Positions 19,106 to 33,006 of a stretch of 64,000 bases of DNA are shown piece by piece; the first letter of the stretch is position 1; every line of letters starts with the position of its first letter. The DNA lies in NCBI RefSeq assembly GCF_000315625.1, contig NW_005434663.1, positions 1-64,000 of the forward strand. Reading direction: 5' to 3'. This DNA comes from Guillardia theta CCMP2712 (Eukaryota; Protista; Cryptophyta). The notes under the pieces are model-generated. The model saw nothing but the letters and a program-made list of their open reading frames with translations. It was not told the origin of the DNA and made no database searches. The translations under genes were made by a program, and so were the position numbers.

Positions 19106-19545
19106 TCGCCCTTGCCCCGCCCTCTCGCTCTCACTCTCGCTCGGTCGCGTGCATTCCGTACTCCTTGCGCAAATTCTGCAGCATACATGCCCATTCATTT
19201 CTTCTTTTGTATTCTCGATCGAAATATAATGCTAGGGCCAACACTGTTGGTGTACCACGTCTTCGTAAACTTCATTCCCCTTTCTTTCGTAATGCTTTCC
19301 TGTGCTCTTTTCGGAAACTGTTTTGACAAATCGAGTGACAGTCTGTCGAGATCTTTTCAACACGATTCTTTTTTTCAGCCTCAGAGGACATTGTAGGCTG
19401 TTCAAAGGTTCTGTTCCCGTTTCTTTTTGTCATTTTGACCCATGGACTGCTAGTTCTTCTCGTGCTAGCACTTACATTCATCCAGCCAACCACGCAGTTC
19501 AGGTTTTTCTCTTTTGACTCCGAGACGGCCTTATCAGATGGCAGC

Positions 19546-22306
19546 ATGAGCGATGCCCAACCATCACGCCCAAGCATCGACAGGTGCCCTCCATTGTGCC
19601 CACCCTGCCCTTCTTGCGTCCCTTGCCTGCCCTGCTTCTGCAGTTTTGAATTAAAGGCTCCCAGAGAAACTCTCCAGTCAATCAAGGAGCTGGCGATCGC
19701 CTGGTCTGCTGCTCATGGCCTGCAAGTCATATCTGCAGCTCGCGCTCGTCCATGCATTGAAGTTTGGTCAGGTTCTTCGGCCAACAGGACTTGAATTAGC
19801 ACCAGTGAGTCTGCTGCCAATGCCGTTCCCGCGGCAGACGTACCACTTGGTCAAGGACATCATGCGAGACTTCAACAACCTGGTGCACAAGGTTAGTGCA
19901 GGGCGATGATGATGAAGTTGCTGATGAACCCAGGTGTCAATGAACCGTGGGTTTTTAAATGAGCATCTTTCTTCTGTTGCAAGAAGCGACGAGTTCCAGC
20001 GAAACTATCTGCAGATCTTTAACACCGTCAGTGTCACTTGCGGGTATTCTCATCTGATGAGTGTTGTAGGTGGCAGATGAAGGTGTGAGGCAGCCGATCT
20101 CGCTGGGTATTCACAGGTGACTTCACCCTTGCCCTTGGCCTCTTTACTGAGCTTGAGATCAGGTCAGACTACATGCTGCACGATGCCAATGATGGAAGTG
20201 CTCTCGAGCCGAAACAAGTGATGATGATGTACCGATACTCACATTTTGATAATTCTGAAGGTTGAAATCAACACAGTCGCCTCGAGCTTCGCGGCCTTGT
20301 CCGAGGTTCTATATCTTCATGCTGTTTCTGTCCTTGCCTTTACTTGCGAACAATCCTCATTGACTCTCCTGCTTGGTCATTCTTTCTTGTCTTCTTTCTC
20401 GTCTACTTCTATTTTGCTGCCACGACGTAATGATTGGATGTGAACACCAGCGGGTCTCTGCGCTCCACAAGTTTCTGGTGGAGAGGGTGAGAGATTGGAA
20501 ACGGCTAATAGGCAGTCAACCTGAGTCCCAGGTGCCGGCTGCGAAGCTCCAGAGCGAAAATTTGCCCGAAAATCTGCCAGTCTCAGGAATTTGCAGAGGT
20601 GAGATGAGCAGAATGTTGAGAAGGAGTGAAAAAGTTGTACAGGAATGGCGCTGGCAGACAAAGCGTATAAAGAGCAGGAGAGGCCAGATGCGAATCAAAG
20701 GTAAGGAGGAATGACGAGAGGAGGAGGGAGAACGCCAAGGTCATGAGGAAGCTGCAAGGCACGTGGGCATCTTGTTTGTGGTCCAACCGAACGAACAAAA
20801 CGTCTTTGACCAAAGGTCAGTCAGTTTTGCGAAATTCGCCTTCCCTCTTCTTCCTTACAGCCAATTCTTCTGCAATATTCAGTCTACGTTCTCCATTTTT
20901 TCATCGTCACCTTCCATGCAGGCACGTCGAGTTCTATCTGTGGGAGCATCACAGGATTCCTGTGCTGCGTGCGACTCTAGCCGAGGTTCTCGAGGTCGGT
21001 GCTGTTGATGGTTGAGGGAGACTGACGAGCTCGGCAGCATGCAGCCCTCGATGCGTCGAGTAAGAGGTAGGAGGAGACGGAGGTGGTGACGCTTGAGAGT
21101 TTAGGGGGATGGAGAGGAGAGGGTTTGAGGGATGGGTAGGTTGACGATGAAGGGGATGGAAATCTCCGTCGTCTATTTCCGTGCTGGCTACTCTCCCAAC
21201 GACTTTCCGACACAAGCAGAGTGCGTTACTCTTGGTCTTGTCCCCCTCCTCATTTCTTCAGGTGGGACGCTCGCCTCCTCTTGGAGCGGAGTGCCGCCAT
21301 CAAGTGCCCTACTGCTGCATACCAGGTAGCTCTTTTCCAATGCTTTCTGCCCTCTTCCTTCATTTTTCTCTCTTCTCGTGCTTCTTTCGCTGATCCGAAG
21401 ACCTCTCAGTGTGTTGGAGCGAAGAAGATTCAGCAGGTAAAAACTCGCCTCATTCTCTGCTCTCTGACTGTCCCTTAGGTCCTCGCCTGCCCAGGCATGG
21501 TCGAAAAATTCGTCGATGAGGACAGTGCGAAGCGGATTCGCTCGTGTTTTGCAGGTCTGAGTGATGTCGATGAAGGAGTCGCTTTGTTCATGGCTCTTAC
21601 TTCAGGGCTCTATGCGCTTGGCGATGGCAGCGTCGAGGCCGACAGAGCGAAGGAGGATGCGATTGCAAATCCGAGCAGGTGAGGCACGACCCATGAGAGG
21701 ATGAGACTGAAGTAGGAGCAAGATACGTGCTGAAGCCTCAGCGTGAAGGAGGAGGGAACAACTTCTACGAGGAGGTTAGGAGCAGGTTGAGATGCTGGCT
21801 GTGAAGAATGGAGCAGGAGATGAAGAAGAAACTTCTGGAAGGAAACAATGAGACACTGCAAGCCTATATCCTCATGGACATCATCCAAGCTCCCTCCATC
21901 CCCTCCGTCTTCCTCAGAAATTTTCAGGTCAGTCTTGTACTGCATACACCCCTCCACTCGTTGACTATCACTCACGGCCTTGCAGGCGATAGAGACGGAG
22001 GCGACGACAGAGCTGGGTACCTATGGCGTGTTCCTAGCAAATGGGGAGAGAGTGATGTTCTCGGAATGCGTGGGGTGAGGAAGGAAGAGGGAGAGACTGA
22101 GACGGACTGCTGAATCATGACAATTTTTCAGACATCTCCTACGATCTAAGCAGGCGACTTCTAAGGAAACTGGTGACCTCTCTTGCCTTCCCGACCTCTC
22201 TTGCCTTCCCGACACTTGCTCCTCACTGCCCCGCAGTGACTCTGCTTTCTTCTTCACAGGTGTCGCTGCTGGCTTTGGTGTCCTCGACAGTCCTATCCTG
22301 TACTAA
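19546..22306 (+). CDS. GSS: Eukaryotic glutathione synthetase (multi-exon; start approximate)
   Basis: Exons encode APVSLLPMPFP, RSDYMLH, QVEINTVASSF, VVYFRAGYSPND, ERSAAIKCP, GAKKIQQ, VLKPQREGGGNN, ELGTYG, GVAAGFGVLDSP. Confidence 0.95.
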
Positions 22307-22347
22307 GATCGTGTGCCCAATGAAGCTCCTCAGTTCGCGAGTCCTGC

Positions 22348-23409
22348 CTACAGGTCATGCGTAATGGCACGGGTAAAGTACTGGGTGGGCATGGTGAATC
22401 TGCTCCATTGTGAGGGAACTACGAGGAGGAAGAGGAGGAGAGGTACCCGCTATCCTTGCCAAATGGATTCGCTCCCTGCACCCAGAGTTAGAAGCAAGGT
22501 GGGTCAGGGGAAATGGAAGGAGGGAATGGGTAGAGGACGAGGAGAAGGACACGCAGAGGAAGTGCAGGTGATAAGCTCCACCTGAGAGGGGTTCGACATC
22601 GGGAAGAGTTGCGGCTTGGCAGAGTAGATAGTGATAGGAACGTCCTGCTCGACCAAGGGAGCGAGGTCTTCTCCTCGCTCCTCCTCCTCCAGACAGACAT
22701 GAGGCGACGCGATCTGATGCTCGAGCTGCAACCCATCGTCACTTGCCTCATGTCCCCGTCGGCACTCACCAGAAACGTCCGGTCCCTTCCTCTCGTCGGC
22801 GCGTTGTCTAGCGTTCGCATCCTCCTCTGTCCGCGGGTTTGGTTGTAATGTTCGTCGACCTGAGGCCACTGGTAGTCGAGGGATGTGGTAGTTTCAAAAT
22901 CCCGGGAAGGGGGAAGTGGAGGAGGTTTCTCACTGCACGCTGGGTCAGTGATGCAGGAGGGGTGGTAACAGGAAGGGTAATGTTGAGGGTAGTGGTGCTG
23001 GTATCCAACCTTGCTACGGTCTTCAGTCTCTGTAGCAGCATTTTTTCTCGTGCTCCTACCGTCGAGTCTGGCTGATAGTTGAGTTTCACATGCTCCGCGC
23101 GGGGGTCGCTGAAGTCTAGCTTGCTCGATGTCTTCAAGTCGCTGTTGTCTGCCCGCTGCGAGTGCTCTATGCATCGTTTGAAGGTACTGCCATCCCATCA
23201 GCATTGTGACTGACTCTCCGCACCTCCCTCGCTCTCGTGGTTTGACCATCATCTCCTCCTCTCCTGCTTCTCTGCCTCCTCTTTTCTCACCTCCTTCCCT
23301 TCGGACCATCTGCAGGCATTCGGAAATGACCAGTATAATCATGAAGCGCTTTTTCCTCCGACCAGTTGCCTATCAGGCAATTCTTCTTTTGTCCCAGGTT
23401 AAAGTCCAT
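22348..23409 (-). CDS. SPAG8/FAP143-like ciliary microtubule inner protein (multi-exon)
   Basis: N-terminal CLIGNWSEEKAL (NWE-type MIP motif), FETTTSLDY, EQDVPITIYS and C-terminal NPFGKDSGFTMP. Confidence 0.6.
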
Positions 23410-23548
23410 CTGTAACAAAACAAATTACTCTTCTCCTTCCTCAAGCTCTCCCTGCGCTTGTAACTTGGCAAGTGTAGGTAAATGCGGCACAGATGTACCA
23501 AGGAAAGGACTGAAGATGAGGAAGTAGTTGTATGCAGACCCTCTCCAA

Positions 23549-23752
<204 letters not shown>

Positions 23753-24360
23753 ATTTCATTTGCCACCAACTGAAAAAGAACAGGAAAAACGGGTTCAAAG
23801 CAGCACGGTTACTAAACGGTTATACAAAGTGCCAATAAAAAAACGCTTTATCGATAAATTATCCCACAACAATCTCAAGCGTTGCGTTTGTGACGGTGTT
23901 GGCCCGGAAACTTGCCAAGTCACTGCCGCATGAAGTTTGGGCCGGGCCGGCCGCCGCTCTGTGCAGCGGGCCCGTACTTATCACTGGGAACAGGGAACTA
24001 ACAGAGGTGATAATCAGTGAGGTTTGTACAGGTGTTCAAGCTTGTTTATTTTCATGATCATCATGGATCACTGGCCGCGGGCAAATGGCGGCCAGTCGCC
24101 CGGCCGGATAGCGCCGAGTTCACTGTCAAGTTAACAAAACTTCTCCTGTAAACCCCCTTCCTAGCCGTCTTGCTAAGGTCCTTCTGGTTTTATGTGCATT
24201 AAACTCGGTCTTGAGCAAAAACTGTCACAGTGTCTTGTTACAACTAAGGTCGATGTGATGTCTGCATTACTTTGGCACAGTACAAGTCTAACAAACTTGT
24301 GCTCCTGCATTCTAGTCTCCCAGAGAACTTCGGAAACACAAGGCTCCTTCACCCGAGTCT

Positions 24361-24492
24361 CTAGTTCCATACTAGCTTGAAGGGCACGGTCTTCTCTATT
24401 CTATTCTACTGGAGAAGACATTCTACTGGAGAAGACCTTCAAGCTAGTATGGAACTAGGGAAATATTCTACTGGCCTCCAGTAGAATATTTC
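24361..24492. repeat. Compound inverted-repeat (foldback) sequence
   Basis: Perfect 23-bp IR at 24361-24383/24436-24458 and perfect 15-bp IR at 24460-24474/24478-24492. Confidence 0.9.
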
Positions 24493-26164
24493 TGGTAGTA
24501 CTGCCTTCACTGATCAGACTGGGCCCCTTGTCCTCTTGTGTCCATGGATCCAGGGGTGGGACCTCCGAATCCCCCTAGCCGTTACTGACCCTGCGGCATC
24601 TGATAAGGACTGACTCGCTATCACCTGCTGTCTCCCATGGGTCCTAGGCTTCTGCTGTCTGAGTCTTCATGGTTTTCCTACGTCGTCCCTATGACAGCTG
24701 TTGCTGTCCTCTCCGTGAGTACCTTCCTGCATCTGTGCACCGAGCCTCGGAGCCACATCAACTGCTTGACTCGTAACGTAGCCTGAGGTGAGACTAGCTC
24801 CGATCAGTAGCCTCAACACAGTCACGCACAACTTGAAACACCACTGTCTGTAGACTCACTCAGCCACTGTCACTGTCACTGAGCCCGGAAGTTTCAAGTT
24901 GCCTGAGGGACTGAGCGTCCGAGCGAGAGCCACAGTGAGAATCAGACACACATACAAACACACACACAAGCACACACACACACGCATCACAGGTGCACAT
25001 TATCGATGTTCAAATAGACGGGGTTGGTTAATTGTCACCTCTGGCACTCCAAACCAAGAATTGTACCTCAAACTATCGATGTGCTTACGTTCATCACCTC
25101 AAAGATTGCCAACACAAAAAGTTTGATCATTCCCCCTCTGTCATTGTTTTCAGGCTCTTTCCTCTATTCCTGTGAAATCGCGGCTCATACACGCAACCTG
25201 TCTCCGAGACTCAGGCTTCGATGGACATAGTCGATATTAAAGGAATGCGCTGTACACAGCAAATCCTGTTTTCCCACCTAACATTTCCGTTTGCGGCTAT
25301 TTTTTTCACCTAACATCTTTTTTATTGCAGCTTGCAAATCCCCTCTCTGCATCGCGTATGGATCGAACGTTTGGGGAGGGAGGGACCAGAGGCCACCAGC
25401 CATGTATGTGCAGACATCCACCAAAGCTGCAAGAACCAGAAATGCAGCCTAATTCATGGATCCAACTTTAAAATGAGTATTAATATATAATTCGTACAAA
25501 ATGATTCTATTTTAAGAAAATTATAAATACTTATTCGCTGACGGGTGTATTTCCAAATGAAACAGGGTGATGCAAATGATATGAATCGGGGGGGGTGGGG
25601 TGTCATTTTACAGAATATGTTTATTAAAATAATATCTCATAATAAAGATAGGTAACGGTGGCCGGGATGTATGGGGGTGGGGGTTATCAACACGGGGGTA
25701 CTAAACTTGAAATGCCAACCAGGGTGAGGATATTGACTACCTTTATGACTGCGAAAAGGTGAGTAAATCATGGGTAGGGTACAGTAAAAGAGGGGTAATC
25801 ATCCTATATGTCAGGGTCATCGCAATAAGGGGTGGGATCAAATCAAGCAGGTTTTATGACGACATACGATGTCCTCCAGAAAGTTCCTCCCTTCAAAAAG
25901 GTATGGAGGGCCATGTGGACATGGAATAAAGGGGGTACCATATTGATATTTTCAAAATAATTTGTAAAGTTTTAATCTGTTTCTTGTCCAAATTCTGAAA
26001 CCACTTCTCGTCTTATCGAAATATAACCAATGAGGGGGTACATATCAGAAAATCCCTGGTTCGGAATTGGGGTGGGTAAGGACGGCCCGGGAAAGGTTCT
26101 TTCTCAAAGTTCATGGTGAATCCTTTTTATTTTGAGAGGCGGCGGCACACGGCAATCAGCTGCC

Positions 26165-26854
26165 ATGCTCAGGACCGCCGCCACTCTTGCGCTCGTCGCC
26201 TCCGCGTCCGCCTACACCCCCACCCTGGTGAGATCTACATCCTTTCTCATACTCACATCCCCTTTGTCTCTCTCCTTCCTTCTTTCCTTTCTTCTCTCCG
26301 CCTCTCACATCCGCTCTCAATGCCTACTTCATTTCCTCGAACCTAACCAATTGTGTTCCCTTCCACCTGGGTAGTTGCACTATCTCCTGAATATATCTTC
26401 CTGTCCTGTTAAAGTTTTTCCTGATATGTGGAATTGTCTACCCATGTTGAGTTGCGGACTATTTCTCCTATCTCATGATATGTAAAATTTTGGGATTCAG
26501 CAGCGCTGTTTTTTGGCTGCAGAAGCTGTTTTCTTAGACCTAACTCTTTTCTAGATGTCCCTCAACCCATCCAGGCGTGCGGTCGTGCAGGCTGGAGCCG
26601 CCGGAGCTGCTGCTGCTCCTTTCCTCCAGAACGCTCCCGCTGGCGCCTCCATGGACAAGTCCGCCCGCGCTCCCGTGATCACCATCTTCGATCACCGTGG
26701 CTGCAGCCGCGCTCCCAAGGAGTACACCGGCGGTCTCTCCAACACCCAGGACGACCAGATGTGCGTCAAGGCTCAGTCCCTCAAGATCGAGGTGTCTGAG
26801 CAGACTGCTGCTAAGCTCTTGCAGGAGAACCTCTCCTCCATGTTTGGCAAGTAA
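26165..26854 (+). CDS. cpeA: Cryptophyte phycoerythrin alpha subunit precursor (exons 26165-26227, 26555-26854)
   Basis: Signal peptide ending ASASA-Y, twin-arginine lumen signal SRRAVVQ...AGA, mature MDKSARAPVITIFDHRGCSRAPKEYTG...DDQMCVK. GT-AG intron with CTAAC branch site. Confidence 0.95.
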
Positions 26855-27394
26855 ATGTATACAATCTAAGGCTAGCTCAAAACTATTTTTCATTTTAAAT
26901 TCCACCAAATGTGAAACGGACCTTTTCATTGTTTCTCGGTTGTGCGGAATTCCTTTCATCACCTTGGTTGTAATTGAGATTCTTGCACTCACTGCCAGCA
27001 GAAATGATCTATTTCAGTTATGCGCGATTCCTTCTTGGCTTAGTTCCTCAACATGTAGTCATCGGTTCTCCTCAACATGTAGTCATCGGTTCTACGCTCC
27101 TTCCTCTCTCCTCTTCTATTCCGTCTGCCTCATGCACGTTTAAGTTGGTCCTCCTGCTGCTTGGTTCCTGACGCAATATGACGCCTCAAGGTGGGTGGGG
27201 GGTATGCACATGGGGTCAGGGTAGGAAAGAGGTTAATTGAGAAGGGGTGGTACCACGGGCCTGTGAAAGCATTTGATAGCAAAGTGATCTAATTACCATC
27301 ATGAAACGGGGGTGGTGTGATATTATGGGGGGTGCTCAAAAGACGTAGGAGGGGTCTATCTTTTAGACGCATCGGAGACGAATCAACCCGGAAA

Positions 27395-29940
<2,546 letters not shown>

Positions 29941-29968
29941 GACGACCCCATCTCCTTTCTGCATTCGA

Positions 29969-31053
29969 TTACAAGATATCACCTTGAAAGAGCTGTAAAG
30001 ACGGCCTCTGCAGATGCCCTGTTGAGGAAGAACTGCTCGGGCGAACAAGTTTGCTGCGAGACCACCGGAGATCCTCCTTCCCGGTGGGAAGGTTTGGACG
30101 ATGTTCGATCCTCTTCAGCTCCTTCTCGTCGTTGCCTTCGCTGTTCTCTGTCACCTCCGACATGGAAGAACTCGGAGAGAGCTTCGTCTCGCTCTTGGAC
30201 AACGACAAGTTGACCATGTTCCGCCGTTTGTGCTTGCTACAGTACTGTACTCGAGTGAGCGACGTCCACACGAGACGAGGGAGCGCGAGAAGGATAAGAG
30301 AAAGAGGGGAGAGGGACAAGAACGAGGGAGGATGGAGCACCTGCGGAGACTTGCCAACTTCCCCGTACCAGGGAATGCTGACGCAGCCATCAAAGCTGCA
30401 GCGAGAATGAACGAGATCCAAATCGCTTTTCCGTCGATGTTCGCCGCAGAAACGTGGTACGCCATCGCAGGCGTCTCCGAAGAGAGGCTGCCGCTTGCAT
30501 TCGGGATAGTGACACATCCTGGGGATTGCATCAGCACAGGACGACGGCAATTTTCGAAAGCTCACCTCGAGTTCACATTGATGTGTTGCGGCATCTTATG
30601 GTCGAGGCAGTAGAGTGGAAGACGACTGCTTGCCTCTCCGAAAGAGGCTCGCTTCGAGCATCCAAAGGGATGCCTGCACATGCGTCCAACCGGACGAGGA
30701 GGAGACTTGCTTGCCTTCCTCGTCCTGCGCTTCCTCACAGAGCCAATGGACATCGTCTCTGGAGAGGGCGAGCGTGACAGGACGAGCTGCCTCCAGTCAT
30801 TGGAAGATGGATGGTCAACCTGATCCATGGCAGAGAAGAGCGAGCAAACGTTCAGCCTCAAGTTTTTCTCTAAGTTGATAGCAACACAATCATCCAGCGA
30901 TCCATCAGCACGATGCAACAAGAGCATATCGTTGAACTTCCTCTCAGTCCAGCAGGGGTGTCCAGTAACTGCGAGACCTTCCATGCACGTGAAGCAGGGT
31001 AGAAGAAGTAGCAGGCAAAATAGGCAGCACAAGGGGGCACTCGGTGGATTCAT
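29969..31053 (-). CDS. EsV-1-7 cysteine-rich repeat protein (multi-exon, ends approximate)
   Basis: Three C-x4/5-C...(F/Y)G...C-x2-H(K/R) repeats: CRHPFGCSKRASFG..YCLDHK, CHYPECKRQPLFG..FCGEHR, CSFDGCVSIPWYG..YCSKHK. Confidence 0.8.
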
Positions 31054-32136
31054 GACATCGATCTCTTCATGCCATCAAGGAAACTTGAGATCATATTGGC
31101 CTGCAACGTCGAGAATAGAAAGATTTGTATTTGTTGTTCCGCTTGAGAAGGCAAGGGGAGGAGCACTCAAGTGTTTCCAATCATGCAACCGTTGTCAAGG
31201 AAAGGGAATGGAATGATACTCAATGCATTCGCAGCCTTGTTGACAAGAAACATCGCAACTGTTGAAAGCATCAGAAACAGATACTGAACTCTTCCTTGGG
31301 GATCTCCTAAACAACTCTGTGCTCGCTTCCCGTTTCCTCTTCTAATTCACAACAAGGGTCTTCTCTGTTATTCTATGCTGCTCTTCCGCAGTCCACTGAA
31401 CCCTGTCTGATCATGTTTAATCCTATCTCATCCTGTTGTACCCCGACCACTCTTCCCCATTATCGCTCTTGGTTCTGCTTTCCTCTGATTTCAACCTTTC
31501 GCATCATCATTCCACCTTGTCCTCTCGTACTCACCATCAAGTCATGTTTCGAAGTTTCTCTACCTGCCCATGCTTCTCCTCCTCCTCAGTCCTTCTCCTC
31601 CTCGTTTCCTTCGCCCTGCTCCCGCGCACCTCGCTGCCATTCCGAATCCCTTCTACACCCCGGGAGTCCCACCCCCTTTGTACCCTACCCTTTATATCAC
31701 CCCTAGACAAAACATGAAACTGTAAAACACCCCTACCTTTGATACTGTATACCCTTGCTTTAAGTGGGTGGTAACTTGCTGTTTACCCCAGTACCCCCTC
31801 AAGTTCAGCCATCCCTTTATTGTACCCCATCGGAGAAGGAGATTCCGGCGGTGGGGGTGGATGTTGCTAGTACCTGAATCCTTATAAGCTATGACTTAGA
31901 TTCGTAGAAATAGGTAAACCAAGGGGGTGCATGGACATGCAAGGAATGCCTAGGGGGTAGGGTCAATGACCCATAAAGTTCCAGGGAAAGAAGGGGGTGG
32001 ATCACCCCATATCATACTCCTGTAGGATCGGGGGTACTTCTACAGTTCAAAGATGGGGTGGGATGAGAATATGTGCAAAGGGTGGGTATCTTCACAGCAT
32101 TCAAGGGGTACCGGTGGGAAATTCTGAAGAGGCGGC

Positions 32137-32763
32137 ATGAAGGCGGCGGTGGGGCTAGTGGCTATGGCGACGTTGGCGACGATGACGCTGATAGCGCTGA
32201 AGGTTGACGAATGGGATGAGACCAGGAGAGGGGAAGAGACCATGATGGTTAGCGACCAGGGGGACGCCATGGTAGCTGATAAGCCATGGGGAGTAGATTT
32301 CGATTTACGATACTCCAAGGGCAAGCATCAATGGCAGATCACAAACCTCGTGCTCCATCCTCCTCCACCACCTCCTCCTGCAGGGAAGACTCCTCCCATG
32401 GTCATGACCAAGCCCACTTTCCCTTTCTTTGAGCTTCAGGCCATGAACAAGGCAGACGCTGAGGTCAAGAAGAAGATGGACGACCCTGACACTGACCCGA
32501 AGCTCAAGGAGGCCATGGAGGAGGGTATGAAATCTGCTTCGGGTGCGCTGGACTCGGCCATCGGATGCGCAGAAGGATCGCAGCCGGGATCTTCGATCTC
32601 AACTGCATGCCCCGGCATCGGCTCCGGGAAGCCCCAGGAGGTGAAGAGGCAGTGGAACATGGGGTTTCCTCCTCAAGAGGGGGCAGCAGCTCAGCAGGGC
32701 TCGGCGTACAAGCGAAGAGGCTTAACAGGAGGAGACGTCGATCGCGGCCAGACGGAGGAGTGA
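32137..32763 (+). CDS. Hypothetical protein with N-terminal signal/anchor
   Basis: Intronless 208-aa ORF with hydrophobic N-terminus and GC3-rich codons. Confidence 0.6.
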   Translation: MKAAVGLVAMATLATMTLIALKVDEWDETRRGEETMMVSDQGDAMVADKPWGVDFDLRYSKGKHQWQITNLVLHPPPPPPPAGKTPPMVMTKPTFPFFELQAMNKADAEVKKKMDDPDTDPKLKEAMEEGMKSASGALDSAIGCAEGSQPGSSISTACPGIGSGKPQEVKRQWNMGFPPQEGAAAQQGSAYKRRGLTGGDVDRGQTEE

Positions 32764-33006
32764 GCTTGAGCGGGCAGTCAATGGCTGGTTACCTCAAGGG
32801 GCGTGACATCAGGCTTTGTCCTTTGCGGGTCAACACTGAGAGATCTAAGGGGTTGCGGGGAGGACGGAGAGGAGTCGGAGGAAGCAGAGTTAAGCATGCA
32901 GCAGAGAGATTTTGTCTAGCGAGTGTGGGTGGTGTAAGATTGAAGGAGGTGAAGGAAAAGGAAGTCAAACTGTATCGACTGACGTCAACATTCCTCGCAT
33001 ATCCAT

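Noticed and set aside
18674-19396. Repetitive ORFs (also 23425-23773, 51128-51589, 52554-53114)
   Set aside because: Translations of mini- or microsatellites that are open in several frames.
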